Below, in pieces: positions 37,067 to 45,532 of a stretch of 64,000 nt of DNA. The first letter of the stretch is position 1; each line of letters starts with the position of its first letter. The stretch lies in contig CALJEN010000005.1 in the NCBI GenBank assembly GCA_938073905.1, positions 244,088 to 308,087 on the forward strand, in the 5' to 3' direction. The stretch comes from an uncultured Sulfolobales archaeon (GTDB taxonomy: Archaea; Thermoproteota; Thermoprotei_A; Sulfolobales; NBVN01). Made by a program: the position numbers and the translations under genes. The notes below the pieces were generated by a model, which did not search any database, had not been told where the DNA came from, and saw only the letters and a list, made by a program, of their open reading frames with translations.

Positions 37067-38554
37067 TCACCCGGATTTCTCGACCTGCTTCTCGATGGAC
37101 TTGCTCACGATGTAGTACATCACTAGACCCCCGACGACCAGTATCACCATCCCCGGATAGGTGTAGAAGGTGTGAAGTCCCTGATCCCACCCCCTGATCC
37201 ACTCGCAGTAGGCTATCCACCAGACGAAGAATATTATCGGGATGACTATGTTCACCCTCACCAGCACGTCCCACCACCTCCCGAGCCTCACGAAGGGCTT
37301 TATGTCCATGTCCATCAGTCCCCTCCTCACCTTGGCCGCGTCGGTGAAGAACGACGCGATCAGGGCTATGAACACCAGGCCCACGCTGAGGCCCACGATG
37401 CCCCAGACGGTGTCGTAGTAGTCGAGCCAGGTGCCGCTGAGCGCCGGCGGGATGCCGCAGACAAGCGCGAGCACACCGGTTATCAGGGCAGCGTGGGGGG
37501 TCTTGAGCCCGAAGTCCTTCAGAGGCCTCATGGCGACCTCGTGGATCGTGACGAGGCTGGTGAGCGCCGCGAACCAGAACGCTATGAAGAAGAGCGCCGC
37601 GTACGCGTGTCCGGCGGGGCCCATCCTCCTGAAGAGCTGCGGCAGAACTATGAAGGCCAGCTTCTCCCCTGCTGCCTTTATGTCTGCGTAGGGCGTTGCG
37701 GAGATCGCGAATATCAGGGGTATTATCGCGGTCCCTGCCATCCAGGCCACGGCCGTGTCGTTGACCACGTTACCGAAGGCGGTGAGGGTCGGGTCGTCGT
37801 TCCTCCGCATCCACGCGCCAGCGCATATGAGGAAGCCCCAGGCTATGCCTATGCTCCATATGACCTGGGACAGCGACTGCATCCAGGTCGCGGGGTCCGC
37901 CAGGGCCTCGAGCCTGGGCACCATGTAGAACTCCAGCCCCTTCTCGGCTCCCGGCAGGGTCAGGGTGAACACGGCTAGGCCCACGGTGAAGACGAAGAGC
38001 AGCGGGAACATGAACCTGGCCACCTGCCCTATCCCCTTGATCCCGAGTGCGGTGATCGCTATGCTCAGCACCATCATGAAGGCCCCTACGCCTAGGGAGG
38101 CCCACGTGTACCCGAAGCCGTCCCAGAAGGCGCTAGCGTTGAAGTCGGGAGCGAAGAACGTCCCGGCTATCGCGTGGAGCATGTAGTAGAATATCCACCC
38201 AGTGACGACCCAGTAGTAGCACATGATCATGAAGTCCGCCCACGCCATCCACATGCCTCCGAAGGCGGCTAGCTTCTTATGTCTCTCGGCCAGGTTGTAG
38301 GGGCCGTGTATGGGGCCCCCGCGCCCGAGCTTCCCGATAGCGTACTCAGCCACGGCAAGCGGGAACCCGACTATCACCAACCACACTAGGTACGTGAAGA
38401 GGAAGCTGCCACCCCCGTTGTTGGCGGCCCTCCAGGAGAACCTCCAGTAGTTCCCGGCGCCTACAGACCACCCAACCGCGGTCATTAGTAGCGCGAAGCT
38501 GCTCCATGCACGTTCGAGGTACCTCGACACCAAGGACTGCGGAGATCTCGACAT
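37067..38554 (-). CDS. sodium-dependent transporter, NSS (neurotransmitter:sodium symporter) family
   Basis: GAGNYWRFSWRAANNGGGSFLFTYL signature and 11-12 TM helices. The true start is ATG at 38554 (MSRSPQSLVSRYLERAW...), behind strong TATA boxes. The first 251 codons of the track's 746-aa ORF are an artefact overlapping the opposite-strand gene. Confidence 0.9.
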   Translation of the reverse strand: MSRSPQSLVSRYLERAWSSFALLMTAVGWSVGAGNYWRFSWRAANNGGGSFLFTYLVWLVIVGFPLAVAEYAIGKLGRGGPIHGPYNLAERHKKLAAFGGMWMAWADFMIMCYYWVVTGWIFYYMLHAIAGTFFAPDFNASAFWDGFGYTWASLGVGAFMMVLSIAITALGIKGIGQVARFMFPLLFVFTVGLAVFTLTLPGAEKGLEFYMVPRLEALADPATWMQSLSQVIWSIGIAWGFLICAGAWMRRNDDPTLTAFGNVVNDTAVAWMAGTAIIPLIFAISATPYADIKAAGEKLAFIVLPQLFRRMGPAGHAYAALFFIAFWFAALTSLVTIHEVAMRPLKDFGLKTPHAALITGVLALVCGIPPALSGTWLDYYDTVWGIVGLSVGLVFIALIASFFTDAAKVRRGLMDMDIKPFVRLGRWWDVLVRVNIVIPIIFFVWWIAYCEWIRGWDQGLHTFYTYPGMVILVVGGLVMYYIVSKSIEKQVEKSG

Positions 38555-38686
38555 CGAGATACCTCGTGTATATAATGCACGAAGGGTATATAAAATTTTT
38601 CCCATGAAGCTTTTTATACTATCCGGTGGTAGGGGACACGGTGATCTAGTTCGCCGCCGGACAGAAGAATCTGGGAGCACCCCATA
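38555..38686. promoter_or_regulatory. AT-rich divergent promoter region between the NSS transporter and the dehydrogenase operon
   Basis: Three TATA-like boxes: GTATATAATG (38567-38576), GGTATATAAAATTTTT (38585-38600) and CTTTTTATACTA (38610-38621). Confidence 0.55.
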
Positions 38687-40141
38687 TTGACGTTCCGCAG
38701 GGGTAGGAGGCTGACCTTCACGTTCGAGGGTAGCCCCCTCGAGGCATACGAGGGAGAGACCGTCGCCGTAGCCCTGTACGCTGCGGGGGTAAGCGTTCTG
38801 TCCTGGAGTTCCGGCCTCGGTAGACCGAGGGGCCTCTTCTGCATGATAGGCAAGTGCAGCAGCTGCTTCATGGTCGTCAACGGGGTCCCGAACGTCAAGA
38901 CCTGTAGGGAGCCCGTCAGGGAGGGCCTCGCGGTAGAGAGGCAGAGGGGGTGGGTCCCCCCGGCGGACGCCGCGGAGCTCGGAGAGGTCGAGACGCGCGA
39001 GCTCGAGACCGACCTCCTCGTGGTCGGCGGCGGCCCGGCGGGGCTCTCGGCGGCCCTCGAGGCGGCCCAGCAGGGGCTCGACGTTCTGGTCGTCGACGAG
39101 CACCTCAGGCTGGGAGGCCAGCTCCTGAAGCAGACCCACAAGTTCTTCGGCAGCGTCGAGCTCTTCGGGGGCCTCAGGGGCTTTCAGATAGCCGGTGAGT
39201 ACCTCAAGAAGCTGGAGTCGAACGGAAGGGTCAGGGTCTTGACCCAGTCCGCGGTCTACGGAGCGTTCAGGGGAGGGCTGGTCGGGGTCGTCGGCAGGGA
39301 CGCGCACTACGTGGTGAAGCCGAGGGCCGTGGTGGGGACTCCCGGAGCCTCCGAGAGGTACCTGGACTTCGCCAACAACGACCTGCCGGGCGTCGTGGGG
39401 GCGGGCGGAGTCCAGACGGTGATGAACGAGTTAGGTGTCAAGCCGGGCGAGAGGGCCCTAGTGGTGGGCTCCGGCAACGTGGGCCTGATAATCTCCTACC
39501 AGCTGCTGCAGGCCGGCGTGGCCGTCGAGGCCGTGGTGGAGATACTGCCCGAGGTGGGCGGCTGGTTCGTCCACGCCGCGAAGGTGAGGAGGTACGGGAT
39601 CCCGATCCTCCTGAGGCACACCCTGAAGGCGGTCTACGGGACCGAGAAGGTCGAGGAGGCCGAGGTGGTCGAGGTGGACGAGGGGTTCAACCCCGTGCCC
39701 GGGTCCGAGAAGAGGTTCAAGGTGGACTTGGTCTTGCTGGCAGTGGGTCTGGAGCCGGACGCCAGGCTGTTCGCCCAGTGCGGTGCGGTGATGAGGTGGT
39801 CTCCGGACCTCGGCGGCCTAGTCCCCCTCAGGACGCCGGGTCTCGAGACCTCGGTGAGGAACCTGTACGTGGCGGGGGACGCCTCCGGGATAGAGGAGGC
39901 GACCACGGCCATCATCGAGGGCCGGGTGGCCGCTCTATCCGCCGTCTCCAAGCTGACCGAGGGGTCCAGAGCCGGCAGAGCCGCGGAGGAGGCGGAGAGG
40001 CTGAACAGGTTCCTGTGGGAGGAGTACAGGGCCTCACCCCTGCTCGCTAGAGCGAGGCGTGGGAAGCAGTCCGTCACCGTGAGCGAGGAGGAGATGGAGA
40101 AGGTGAGGGCCCTCAGCCCGCCACCGGTTTCGTTCGGGTGA
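38687..40141 (+). CDS. FAD/NAD(P)-binding oxidoreductase with N-terminal 2Fe-2S-type domain (alpha-like subunit of archaeal L-proline dehydrogenase / opine oxidase type complexes)
   Basis: 484 aa, TTG start. N-terminus FTFEGSPLEAYEGETVAVAL...GLFCMIGKCSSCFMVVNGVPNVKTC. Dinucleotide folds VVGGGPAGLSAALEA and VVGSGNVGL. Confidence 0.7.
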   Translation: MTFRRGRRLTFTFEGSPLEAYEGETVAVALYAAGVSVLSWSSGLGRPRGLFCMIGKCSSCFMVVNGVPNVKTCREPVREGLAVERQRGWVPPADAAELGEVETRELETDLLVVGGGPAGLSAALEAAQQGLDVLVVDEHLRLGGQLLKQTHKFFGSVELFGGLRGFQIAGEYLKKLESNGRVRVLTQSAVYGAFRGGLVGVVGRDAHYVVKPRAVVGTPGASERYLDFANNDLPGVVGAGGVQTVMNELGVKPGERALVVGSGNVGLIISYQLLQAGVAVEAVVEILPEVGGWFVHAAKVRRYGIPILLRHTLKAVYGTEKVEEAEVVEVDEGFNPVPGSEKRFKVDLVLLAVGLEPDARLFAQCGAVMRWSPDLGGLVPLRTPGLETSVRNLYVAGDASGIEEATTAIIEGRVAALSAVSKLTEGSRAGRAAEEAERLNRFLWEEYRASPLLARARRGKQSVTVSEEEMEKVRALSPPPVSFG

Positions 40142-40148
40142 GAAAGCC

Positions 40149-40640
40149 GTGGAGGTCCCTCCCTACAGGAGGACGGGCATCGTGGAGCTCGGGGAGCTGG
40201 CCAGGCTGGGCCTCCTGCCACCGGAGAGGAGGCTAAGGAGAGGCCCGGTGGCGGTCCTCGAGTGCCCTGAGATGATACCCTGCAACATATGCGTGCCCTA
40301 CTGCCCCACGAAGTCTATAAGGATGGAGAGGCTCATAGACCTCCCCGCGGTCGACTGGGAGACCTGCACCGGCTGCGGGATGTGCGTAGCGGTCTGCCCC
40401 GGCCTGGCTGCCTTCGTCGTCGACCTGTCCAAAGAGGACTACGACTACGTCACGGTGCCGCACGAGTTCCTCCCGGTGCCCAGGGTGGGTGACGAGGTCG
40501 TCCTCCTGAGCAGACGCGGCGAGAGGGTGGGCAGGGGAACCGTTATCAGGGTCTGGGAGAGGAACAGGACGCACGTGGTCACGGTCAGGGTGCCCAAGGG
40601 GTTGGGGATGGAGGTGAGGGCCGTATGGGTGGAGAGGTGA
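40149..40640 (+). CDS. 4Fe-4S ferredoxin-domain subunit (gamma-like)
   Basis: 163 aa with CNICVPYCP and CTGCGMCVAVCP. Confidence 0.7.
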   Translation: MEVPPYRRTGIVELGELARLGLLPPERRLRRGPVAVLECPEMIPCNICVPYCPTKSIRMERLIDLPAVDWETCTGCGMCVAVCPGLAAFVVDLSKEDYDYVTVPHEFLPVPRVGDEVVLLSRRGERVGRGTVIRVWERNRTHVVTVRVPKGLGMEVRAVWVER

Positions 40641-40915
40641 GGAGGGAGGTGACGGTGGTCTGCAGGTGCAACGACGTAACCCGGGAGGACATACTGAAGG
40701 CCATAGAGATGGGCATAGACGACTTCGAGCTCCTGAGGAAGTACCTCAGGCTCGGGTTCGGGCCTTGCCAGGGCAGGAGCTGCGTAATGATAGCAGCGAG
40801 GATATTCGCGAGGGCGAAGGGCAAGAGCGTGGAGGAGGTCCTGTCGAACTACAGGGTGAGGCCGCCGATAGTGCCGGTTCCGGCAAAGTACTTCGCGAGG
40901 GGTCTGAAGCCATGA
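40625..40915 (+). CDS. BFD-like [2Fe-2S]-binding small subunit (delta-like)
   Basis: 96 aa with VVCRCNDVTREDILKAI...GPCQGRSC. Confidence 0.7.
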   Translation: MGGEVRREVTVVCRCNDVTREDILKAIEMGIDDFELLRKYLRLGFGPCQGRSCVMIAARIFARAKGKSVEEVLSNYRVRPPIVPVPAKYFARGLKP

Positions 40916-42051
40916 GGGTCCTGGTAGTCGGAGCGGGGATCAGCGGCCTCTTCGTAGCCCGGGAGCTCGCCCTCCGGGGAGTCAAGGACGTGACGGTGGT
41001 GGACTCCGGGTACCCGGGAGGGGGCGCTACGCTGAGGAACCTCGGGTGCTTCAGGAGCTCGTTCACGTCGCCGGAGCACGTCGTCCTGATCAAGGAGAGC
41101 ATACGCGAGTGGCTGAGGCTGAGGGACGAGATGGGTCTCAGCCTCGAGCAGCGGGGCTACCTCTGGGTGGCCCGGAAGCCCGAGACCCTGGAGGGCTTCA
41201 GAAAGCTGACGGAGTTCCACCACCAGTTCGGCGTCCCGACGCGCCTGGTCGACGCGGACGAGGTCAGGCTCCTGGAGCCGAGGCTCAACGCGAGAGTGGT
41301 GGTGGGAGCTATGTTCGACCCGACCGCCGGGAGGATGCCGATCATAGAGAACTTCGTCAAGCTGTACCTCGAGGTGAAGAGGCTCGGGGTCAGGGTCGTT
41401 CCGTACACCAGGGTGACCAGGCTCGTCCCCCGCGGTAGCAGGGTGACCGCGGCCGAGACCTCCCGAGGCCCCGTCGAGGCGGACGCCTTCGTCGTGGCGG
41501 CCGGTGGTGACAGCCGGGACATCCTGGCCACGGTGGGAGTGGACGTGCCCATAACGGACGTCCCGAGGCACCCCTACGTAACCGAGCCCTACGCGGAGAC
41601 TCTGAGGCCCGCGCTCATCATCGACTGGGACACACCAGGCTCGCCCCACGTGAGCCAGAACGAGCACGGGAGCTTCGTGCTGGCCAGAGACCTCGAGGAC
41701 GCTCCGCGGGTCTCCATATACTCGCACAGGGCCGATGCGATACCGCACATACTGAAGCCCCTCCGCGAGCTACTGCCGCTCCTGAGTGGAGTCAACGTCC
41801 TCAGGTACTGGATGGGCTACTACGACATGACCCCCGACCACCACCCCATCTACGGTCCCGTGGAGCCCTACGAGAACCTCTACGTAGCGGCCGGCTTCAG
41901 CGGCCACGGCATGATGATGGGCCCGGTCACGGGGAAGCTCATAGCCTCCTGGATCCTGGACGGGAGACCGCACATCGACGTAGCCCGCAACCTAACGCTG
42001 GAGAGGTTCAAGACCGGCAGGCTGGTGAAGGAGCTGGCCGTCATAGGCTAG
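40912..42051 (+). CDS. FAD-dependent oxidoreductase, DAO/sarcosine oxidase beta family (beta-like, candidate proline dehydrogenase subunit)
   Basis: ATG at 40912 (ATGA overlap with the delta stop) gives MRVLVVGAGISGLFVARELALRG... (379 aa). The track's 461-aa form is an upstream off-target extension. Confidence 0.75.
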   Translation: MRVLVVGAGISGLFVARELALRGVKDVTVVDSGYPGGGATLRNLGCFRSSFTSPEHVVLIKESIREWLRLRDEMGLSLEQRGYLWVARKPETLEGFRKLTEFHHQFGVPTRLVDADEVRLLEPRLNARVVVGAMFDPTAGRMPIIENFVKLYLEVKRLGVRVVPYTRVTRLVPRGSRVTAAETSRGPVEADAFVVAAGGDSRDILATVGVDVPITDVPRHPYVTEPYAETLRPALIIDWDTPGSPHVSQNEHGSFVLARDLEDAPRVSIYSHRADAIPHILKPLRELLPLLSGVNVLRYWMGYYDMTPDHHPIYGPVEPYENLYVAAGFSGHGMMMGPVTGKLIASWILDGRPHIDVARNLTLERFKTGRLVKELAVIG

Positions 42052-42167
42052 GAGCCCTGGAAGAAGGCCCGCGCTTTTCGGAAGACCCTTCCACGAGGCC
42101 TCCCGGGCTCGAGGCGTCTCCCGGCGACCGCGAGCGTTGGACGGGAATAGAGAGTCCTCACCCGCCG

Positions 42168-43169
42168 CTACTTCAAGTCTAGGACTATCAGCTCGTACTC
42201 CTCTAGCCTCACTCCCACCGCGGCGATGCCATCCCTCCTCTCTATCGGGAACACCCTGTTGGTTAGCGGAGACCGCGCCCTGACGGGCTCGAAGCCTCTC
42301 ATCTCGATCTCTACTTCGATCGGTACCGCGCGGCGGGGAGGCATCACGGTCTCCGCGGTGGAGTGCCACATCAGCGGATCGTCGACGTTGCCCCGATCGA
42401 TGAGGCGCCTGTCGTAGGTGTGGTTCAGCAGGCGCGCGATGAGCTGGCCGTTCCTTTCGTACGCTTCGAGCAGGAAGAGCCCGCTCGAGCGCCCCCTGAG
42501 GGGCGGGTGTCCTCCGGACCAGAGGACTGAGCCGAGGATGAGCTGCTCGTGGTGCTGAAGACCTAGCCTCCAGTAGAGCCTTCCCAGCTGCCCGCTGAAG
42601 TACACAGTCTTGGGCTCCTTGACCACCACCGCTGGGCTCTTCGTCAGAGAGCCTAGCAGCGGTGGTGCCCTGCCGTTCTCGTACTCGAACCAGTAGTCGC
42701 TCGCGGGCTCACCCACGAAGCCCAGAACCCTCGCTCCTTCTAGGGGCTCGACCCTCGCGTGCCACGCTATCGACGGCGGAGTCCTCCTCTCCCTGAAGAC
42801 TCTGTCGAAGTCTCCCCAGAAGACTATCTCGTCCGGGGCTCCGCACGTGACGGGATGGTCTCGGTTCACTACGACGTAGCTCCACGAGCACCTCACCAAC
42901 CCTCTATACGAGACCCCCATTTCCTCCGAGAGCTGGAAGTCTTCGAGTACCTCACCGTCCTCGTTCATGATGGACGTCAGGCACGTTGCTACGATGCCGT
43001 GCTCGGTCGCGTACCTCTTGACGTTCTCGACGCCCCTGCTTGAGAGGGAGGCCGCGTACGGCAGCACCAGCGCACCGTAGCCGACAGTGAAGACCTCCCT
43101 CCGGTGCGGCACGCGCAGGGCTCTCCCGGAGGCTATTATGCTTTGCCGGGGCTCCCGGAGGCCTAGCAC
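42168..43169 (-). CDS. hypothetical protein (333 aa)
   Basis: Long ORF with typical codons. It bears only a vague resemblance to GATase1-like/GH42 middle-domain proteins, which is not supportable from sequence alone. Confidence 0.55.
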   Translation of the reverse strand: MLGLREPRQSIIASGRALRVPHRREVFTVGYGALVLPYAASLSSRGVENVKRYATEHGIVATCLTSIMNEDGEVLEDFQLSEEMGVSYRGLVRCSWSYVVVNRDHPVTCGAPDEIVFWGDFDRVFRERRTPPSIAWHARVEPLEGARVLGFVGEPASDYWFEYENGRAPPLLGSLTKSPAVVVKEPKTVYFSGQLGRLYWRLGLQHHEQLILGSVLWSGGHPPLRGRSSGLFLLEAYERNGQLIARLLNHTYDRRLIDRGNVDDPLMWHSTAETVMPPRRAVPIEVEIEMRGFEPVRARSPLTNRVFPIERRDGIAAVGVRLEEYELIVLDLK

Positions 43170-43220
43170 CGGTCGAAGGCCTTTTAGCCACCGCCGACCT
43201 AGCTGGCGGGTGCGGAGTCC

Positions 43221-44438
43221 GTGGGGAAGAGGGAAGACGGTGCGCTGCGCCTCCCGCTGGCCGCCCTCTACGCGGTGTACTTCCTAGCGTACTTCCACAG
43301 GACTGTCACCGGAGTCCTCCAGGACAGGCTCCACGAGCTCGCCGGGCGGTCCGGCTGGGACCCGACCCTCTTCGCCTCCCTCGCCTCCTCCGCCTACTTC
43401 TACGCGTACGCCGCGGCCCAGCTCCCCTCGGGAGTCCTCGCCGACGCCCTCGGTGCGGGGAGGTACGCGGCCCTGGGCTCGACCCTCATGGCGCTGGGCT
43501 CCGCGCTCTCGGCTCTCGAAGTCCCGGAGCTCTTCATCGCCGGGAGGCTCCTCGTCGGTCTCGGGGCGGCGTCCGCGTGGGTGTGCGTCCAGAGGCTGAT
43601 CGGGACTAGGGCAGCGAGGAGCAGAGGGGGAGTGCTCACGGGTCTGGGCCTCGCGGTCGGCGGACTGGGGGGTCTGGCCGCTACCCTACCGGCCAGGGCT
43701 CTGGCGGACTCCGCCGGACTGAGCGGCCTCCTCCTGCTCCTCGCCGCCGCCGCGCCGATCCCCGGAGCGGTGGCCCTCGCCACGGTCGACGACAGGGGTG
43801 CTGGCTCCGGGGACCTGCGGCGGGGGCTCCGGATGGCGGTGGGTCAGGTCAAGACCGTGGTGGGGTCGGCCCACTTCGCGGCTCTGTCCACCGCGGCGCT
43901 CGGAACGTACGCCGCGCTGCTGGCCTACCAGTCCTACTGGGGCCAGCACCTCCTAACGGGGTGCCTCGGGCTGGAGCACGGGGAGGCCGCGCGGCTCCTC
44001 CTGCTCACCTCGGTAGCCTTTGTGCTCACCGTCCCCGCGGTGGGCTACGTCAGCGACTCGGTCCTGCGGCGCCGGAGGCCCGTGCTCGCGGTGAGCTGCG
44101 CTCTCCACGCGCTCCTCTGGGCGTGGAGCGCCTCCCTGGCCCTCGGCCGCGGCGCGGAGCTGGCCCCGGTCTACGCGGTGGCGGTGGGGGCTGTCGGCGC
44201 GACGCACTCGGTCCTCGCTCCCCTGGCCAGGGAGGCCTACGACCCAGCGTTCTCGGGCACGAGCATCTCCCTCATGAACGTGGTCATCTTCGCCGGCGTC
44301 GCCCTCTACCAGCTCACCGGGTACGCCGTGCGCGACCCGGTGACCGCGATGGCTCTCTTCGCCTCGGTGGCCGCCACCGCCGTCCCGCTCTCGCGGTGGC
44401 TCCGGGAGACCCTGGGTCCGGGGAAGAGCGAGCACTAG
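43221..44438 (+). CDS. MFS transporter
   Basis: 405 aa, 12 predicted TM helices, with a loop 2-3 motif-like GVLADALGAGRY. Confidence 0.75.
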   Translation: MGKREDGALRLPLAALYAVYFLAYFHRTVTGVLQDRLHELAGRSGWDPTLFASLASSAYFYAYAAAQLPSGVLADALGAGRYAALGSTLMALGSALSALEVPELFIAGRLLVGLGAASAWVCVQRLIGTRAARSRGGVLTGLGLAVGGLGGLAATLPARALADSAGLSGLLLLLAAAAPIPGAVALATVDDRGAGSGDLRRGLRMAVGQVKTVVGSAHFAALSTAALGTYAALLAYQSYWGQHLLTGCLGLEHGEAARLLLLTSVAFVLTVPAVGYVSDSVLRRRRPVLAVSCALHALLWAWSASLALGRGAELAPVYAVAVGAVGATHSVLAPLAREAYDPAFSGTSISLMNVVIFAGVALYQLTGYAVRDPVTAMALFASVAATAVPLSRWLRETLGPGKSEH

Positions 44439-44498
44439 GGCGTGGGGGTTCCGGCTTATTTCCGCTCCAGCTAGGACACCGGGGGGATCCGGGAGCTG

Positions 44499-44771
44499 AT
44501 GCAGGTGCTCCAGCTCGCCCTGGTCATGATGGTCTTGGCCTCCGCTCTCATGTTGGTCGGCGCGCTTCTGATGATCCTATCGGTCCCCCCTCGGGGGCGA
44601 GAGGCCGGGGAGGAGCGGGTAGAGGGAGGTGCGGTGATCGTGGTGGGACCCGTGCCGATAGTCTTCGGGACGAGCGAGAGGATCGCCAAGACCGTCATGC
44701 TGCTGGCCATAGCGCTGCTGGTCGCCTCCGTAGTGGCGTTCCTCGTGCTCTCGGGGGTGGCGTGGAGGTGA
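44499..44771 (+). CDS. small membrane protein, DUF131/TIGR00304-like
   Basis: 90 aa with two TM helices flanking GGAVIVVGPVPIVFGTS. Confidence 0.5.
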   Translation: MQVLQLALVMMVLASALMLVGALLMILSVPPRGREAGEERVEGGAVIVVGPVPIVFGTSERIAKTVMLLAIALLVASVVAFLVLSGVAWR

Positions 44772-45034
44772 GGAGAGACCTATTCAGGCTCGGGCTCTAC
44801 CTGCTCCTCGCGGGGTTCGCCCTGGCATTCGCGGCGGCCCTGCTGATCCCGCTGGCGGCGGCCCTCGGTGGCCAGCCGGCGGGGGTCTCCGGGGCAGGCT
44901 GCGTCCTGGTGGTGTTCGTGCCGATATGCTTCGGGATAGGGGAGGCGGCCCTCCCGCTGATGGTCGCTGCCCTCGCCGCGGTGGCCCTTCTGGCAGTTCT
45001 GAGCTTCGTCGTCCTGAAGCTCAAGCCCTTATAG
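44768..45034 (+). CDS. small membrane protein, paralog of the preceding DUF131-like gene
   Basis: GTG at 44768 (GTGA overlap) gives 88 aa with the same TM - GCVLVVFVPICFGIG - TM layout. The last 17 nt, including the TAG stop, lie inside the degenerate terminal CRISPR repeat. Confidence 0.45.
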   Translation: MRRDLFRLGLYLLLAGFALAFAAALLIPLAAALGGQPAGVSGAGCVLVVFVPICFGIGEAALPLMVAALAAVALLAVLSFVVLKLKPL

Positions 45035-45326
45035 GTACTCTAGCGACATCCTGGCATCGCTGCAGGGAGCCGGGACGTCGGACTGGGTTTCGTTTGTTTC
45101 AAACCCTTGTAGGTAGTCTAGCGACTGCCCGGAATCGGGAAGGGAAGCCTTGGTGTAATCCTCGTTTCAAACCCTTGTAGGTAGTCTAGCGACTGGGCTT
45201 GGGCGAGATTGCGCATCAACACGCATAGCCGTTTCAAACCCTTGTAGGTAGTCTAGCGACACGTCACAATATGAGAGAGTTCCTTAGCGATTTGACGTTT
45301 CAAACCCTTGTAGGTAGTCTAGCGAC
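45018..45326 (-). CRISPR. CRISPR array 1: 4 intact 30-nt repeats plus 1 degenerate terminal repeat, 4 spacers
   Basis: Repeats GTTTCAAACCCTTGTAGGTAGTCTAGCGAC at 45096, 45164, 45231 and 45297. A degenerate copy AGCTCAAGCCCTTATAGGTACTCTAGCGAC sits at 45018-45047. Spacers are 48, 38, 37 and 36 nt. The leader is on the high-coordinate side, so transcription is on the minus strand and the crRNA-sense repeat ends ...GGGTTTGAAAC. Confidence 0.95.
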
Positions 45327-45416
45327 CCCAGGGAGAGTTCCTTGCCAGAGCTTATAAACCCTCCAGTCGACCCCCGATCGCCCACCCCTCTCCCAGGGGT
45401 CGACGGAAAGAGAGCT
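45327..45416 (-). promoter_or_regulatory. CRISPR leader of array 1 (TATA box plus conserved inverted repeat)
   Basis: About 90 nt, near-identical to the sequences flanking arrays 2 and 3. It contains GCTTATAAACC and GTCGACCCC(45366-45374)...GGGGTCGAC(45396-45404). Confidence 0.85.
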
Positions 45417-45498
45417 TCGAATAGGTACTCCGCAATTCGCCGCCGAGGTGGATGCCTGCACTATTAGCCCGCTAGAACACGACGAGCGGAGGCTCGCG

Positions 45499-45512
45499 TT
45501 TTTCCAAAAAAG
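45499..45512 (-). terminator. T-tract terminator candidate after the 403-aa gene
   Basis: The minus strand reads CTTTTTTGGAAAAA about 20 nt after the stop at 45533. The plus strand also shows T5. Confidence 0.4.
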
Positions 45513-45532
45513 ATGGGTGCCGGTAGACGGAT

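Noticed and set aside
38555-39307. N-terminal 251 codons of the 746-aa track ORF (MRVPADDPDQPS...).
   Set aside because: It is antisense to the well-supported dehydrogenase alpha-like gene and runs across an AT-rich promoter with TATA boxes. NSS homology begins at the ATG at 38554.
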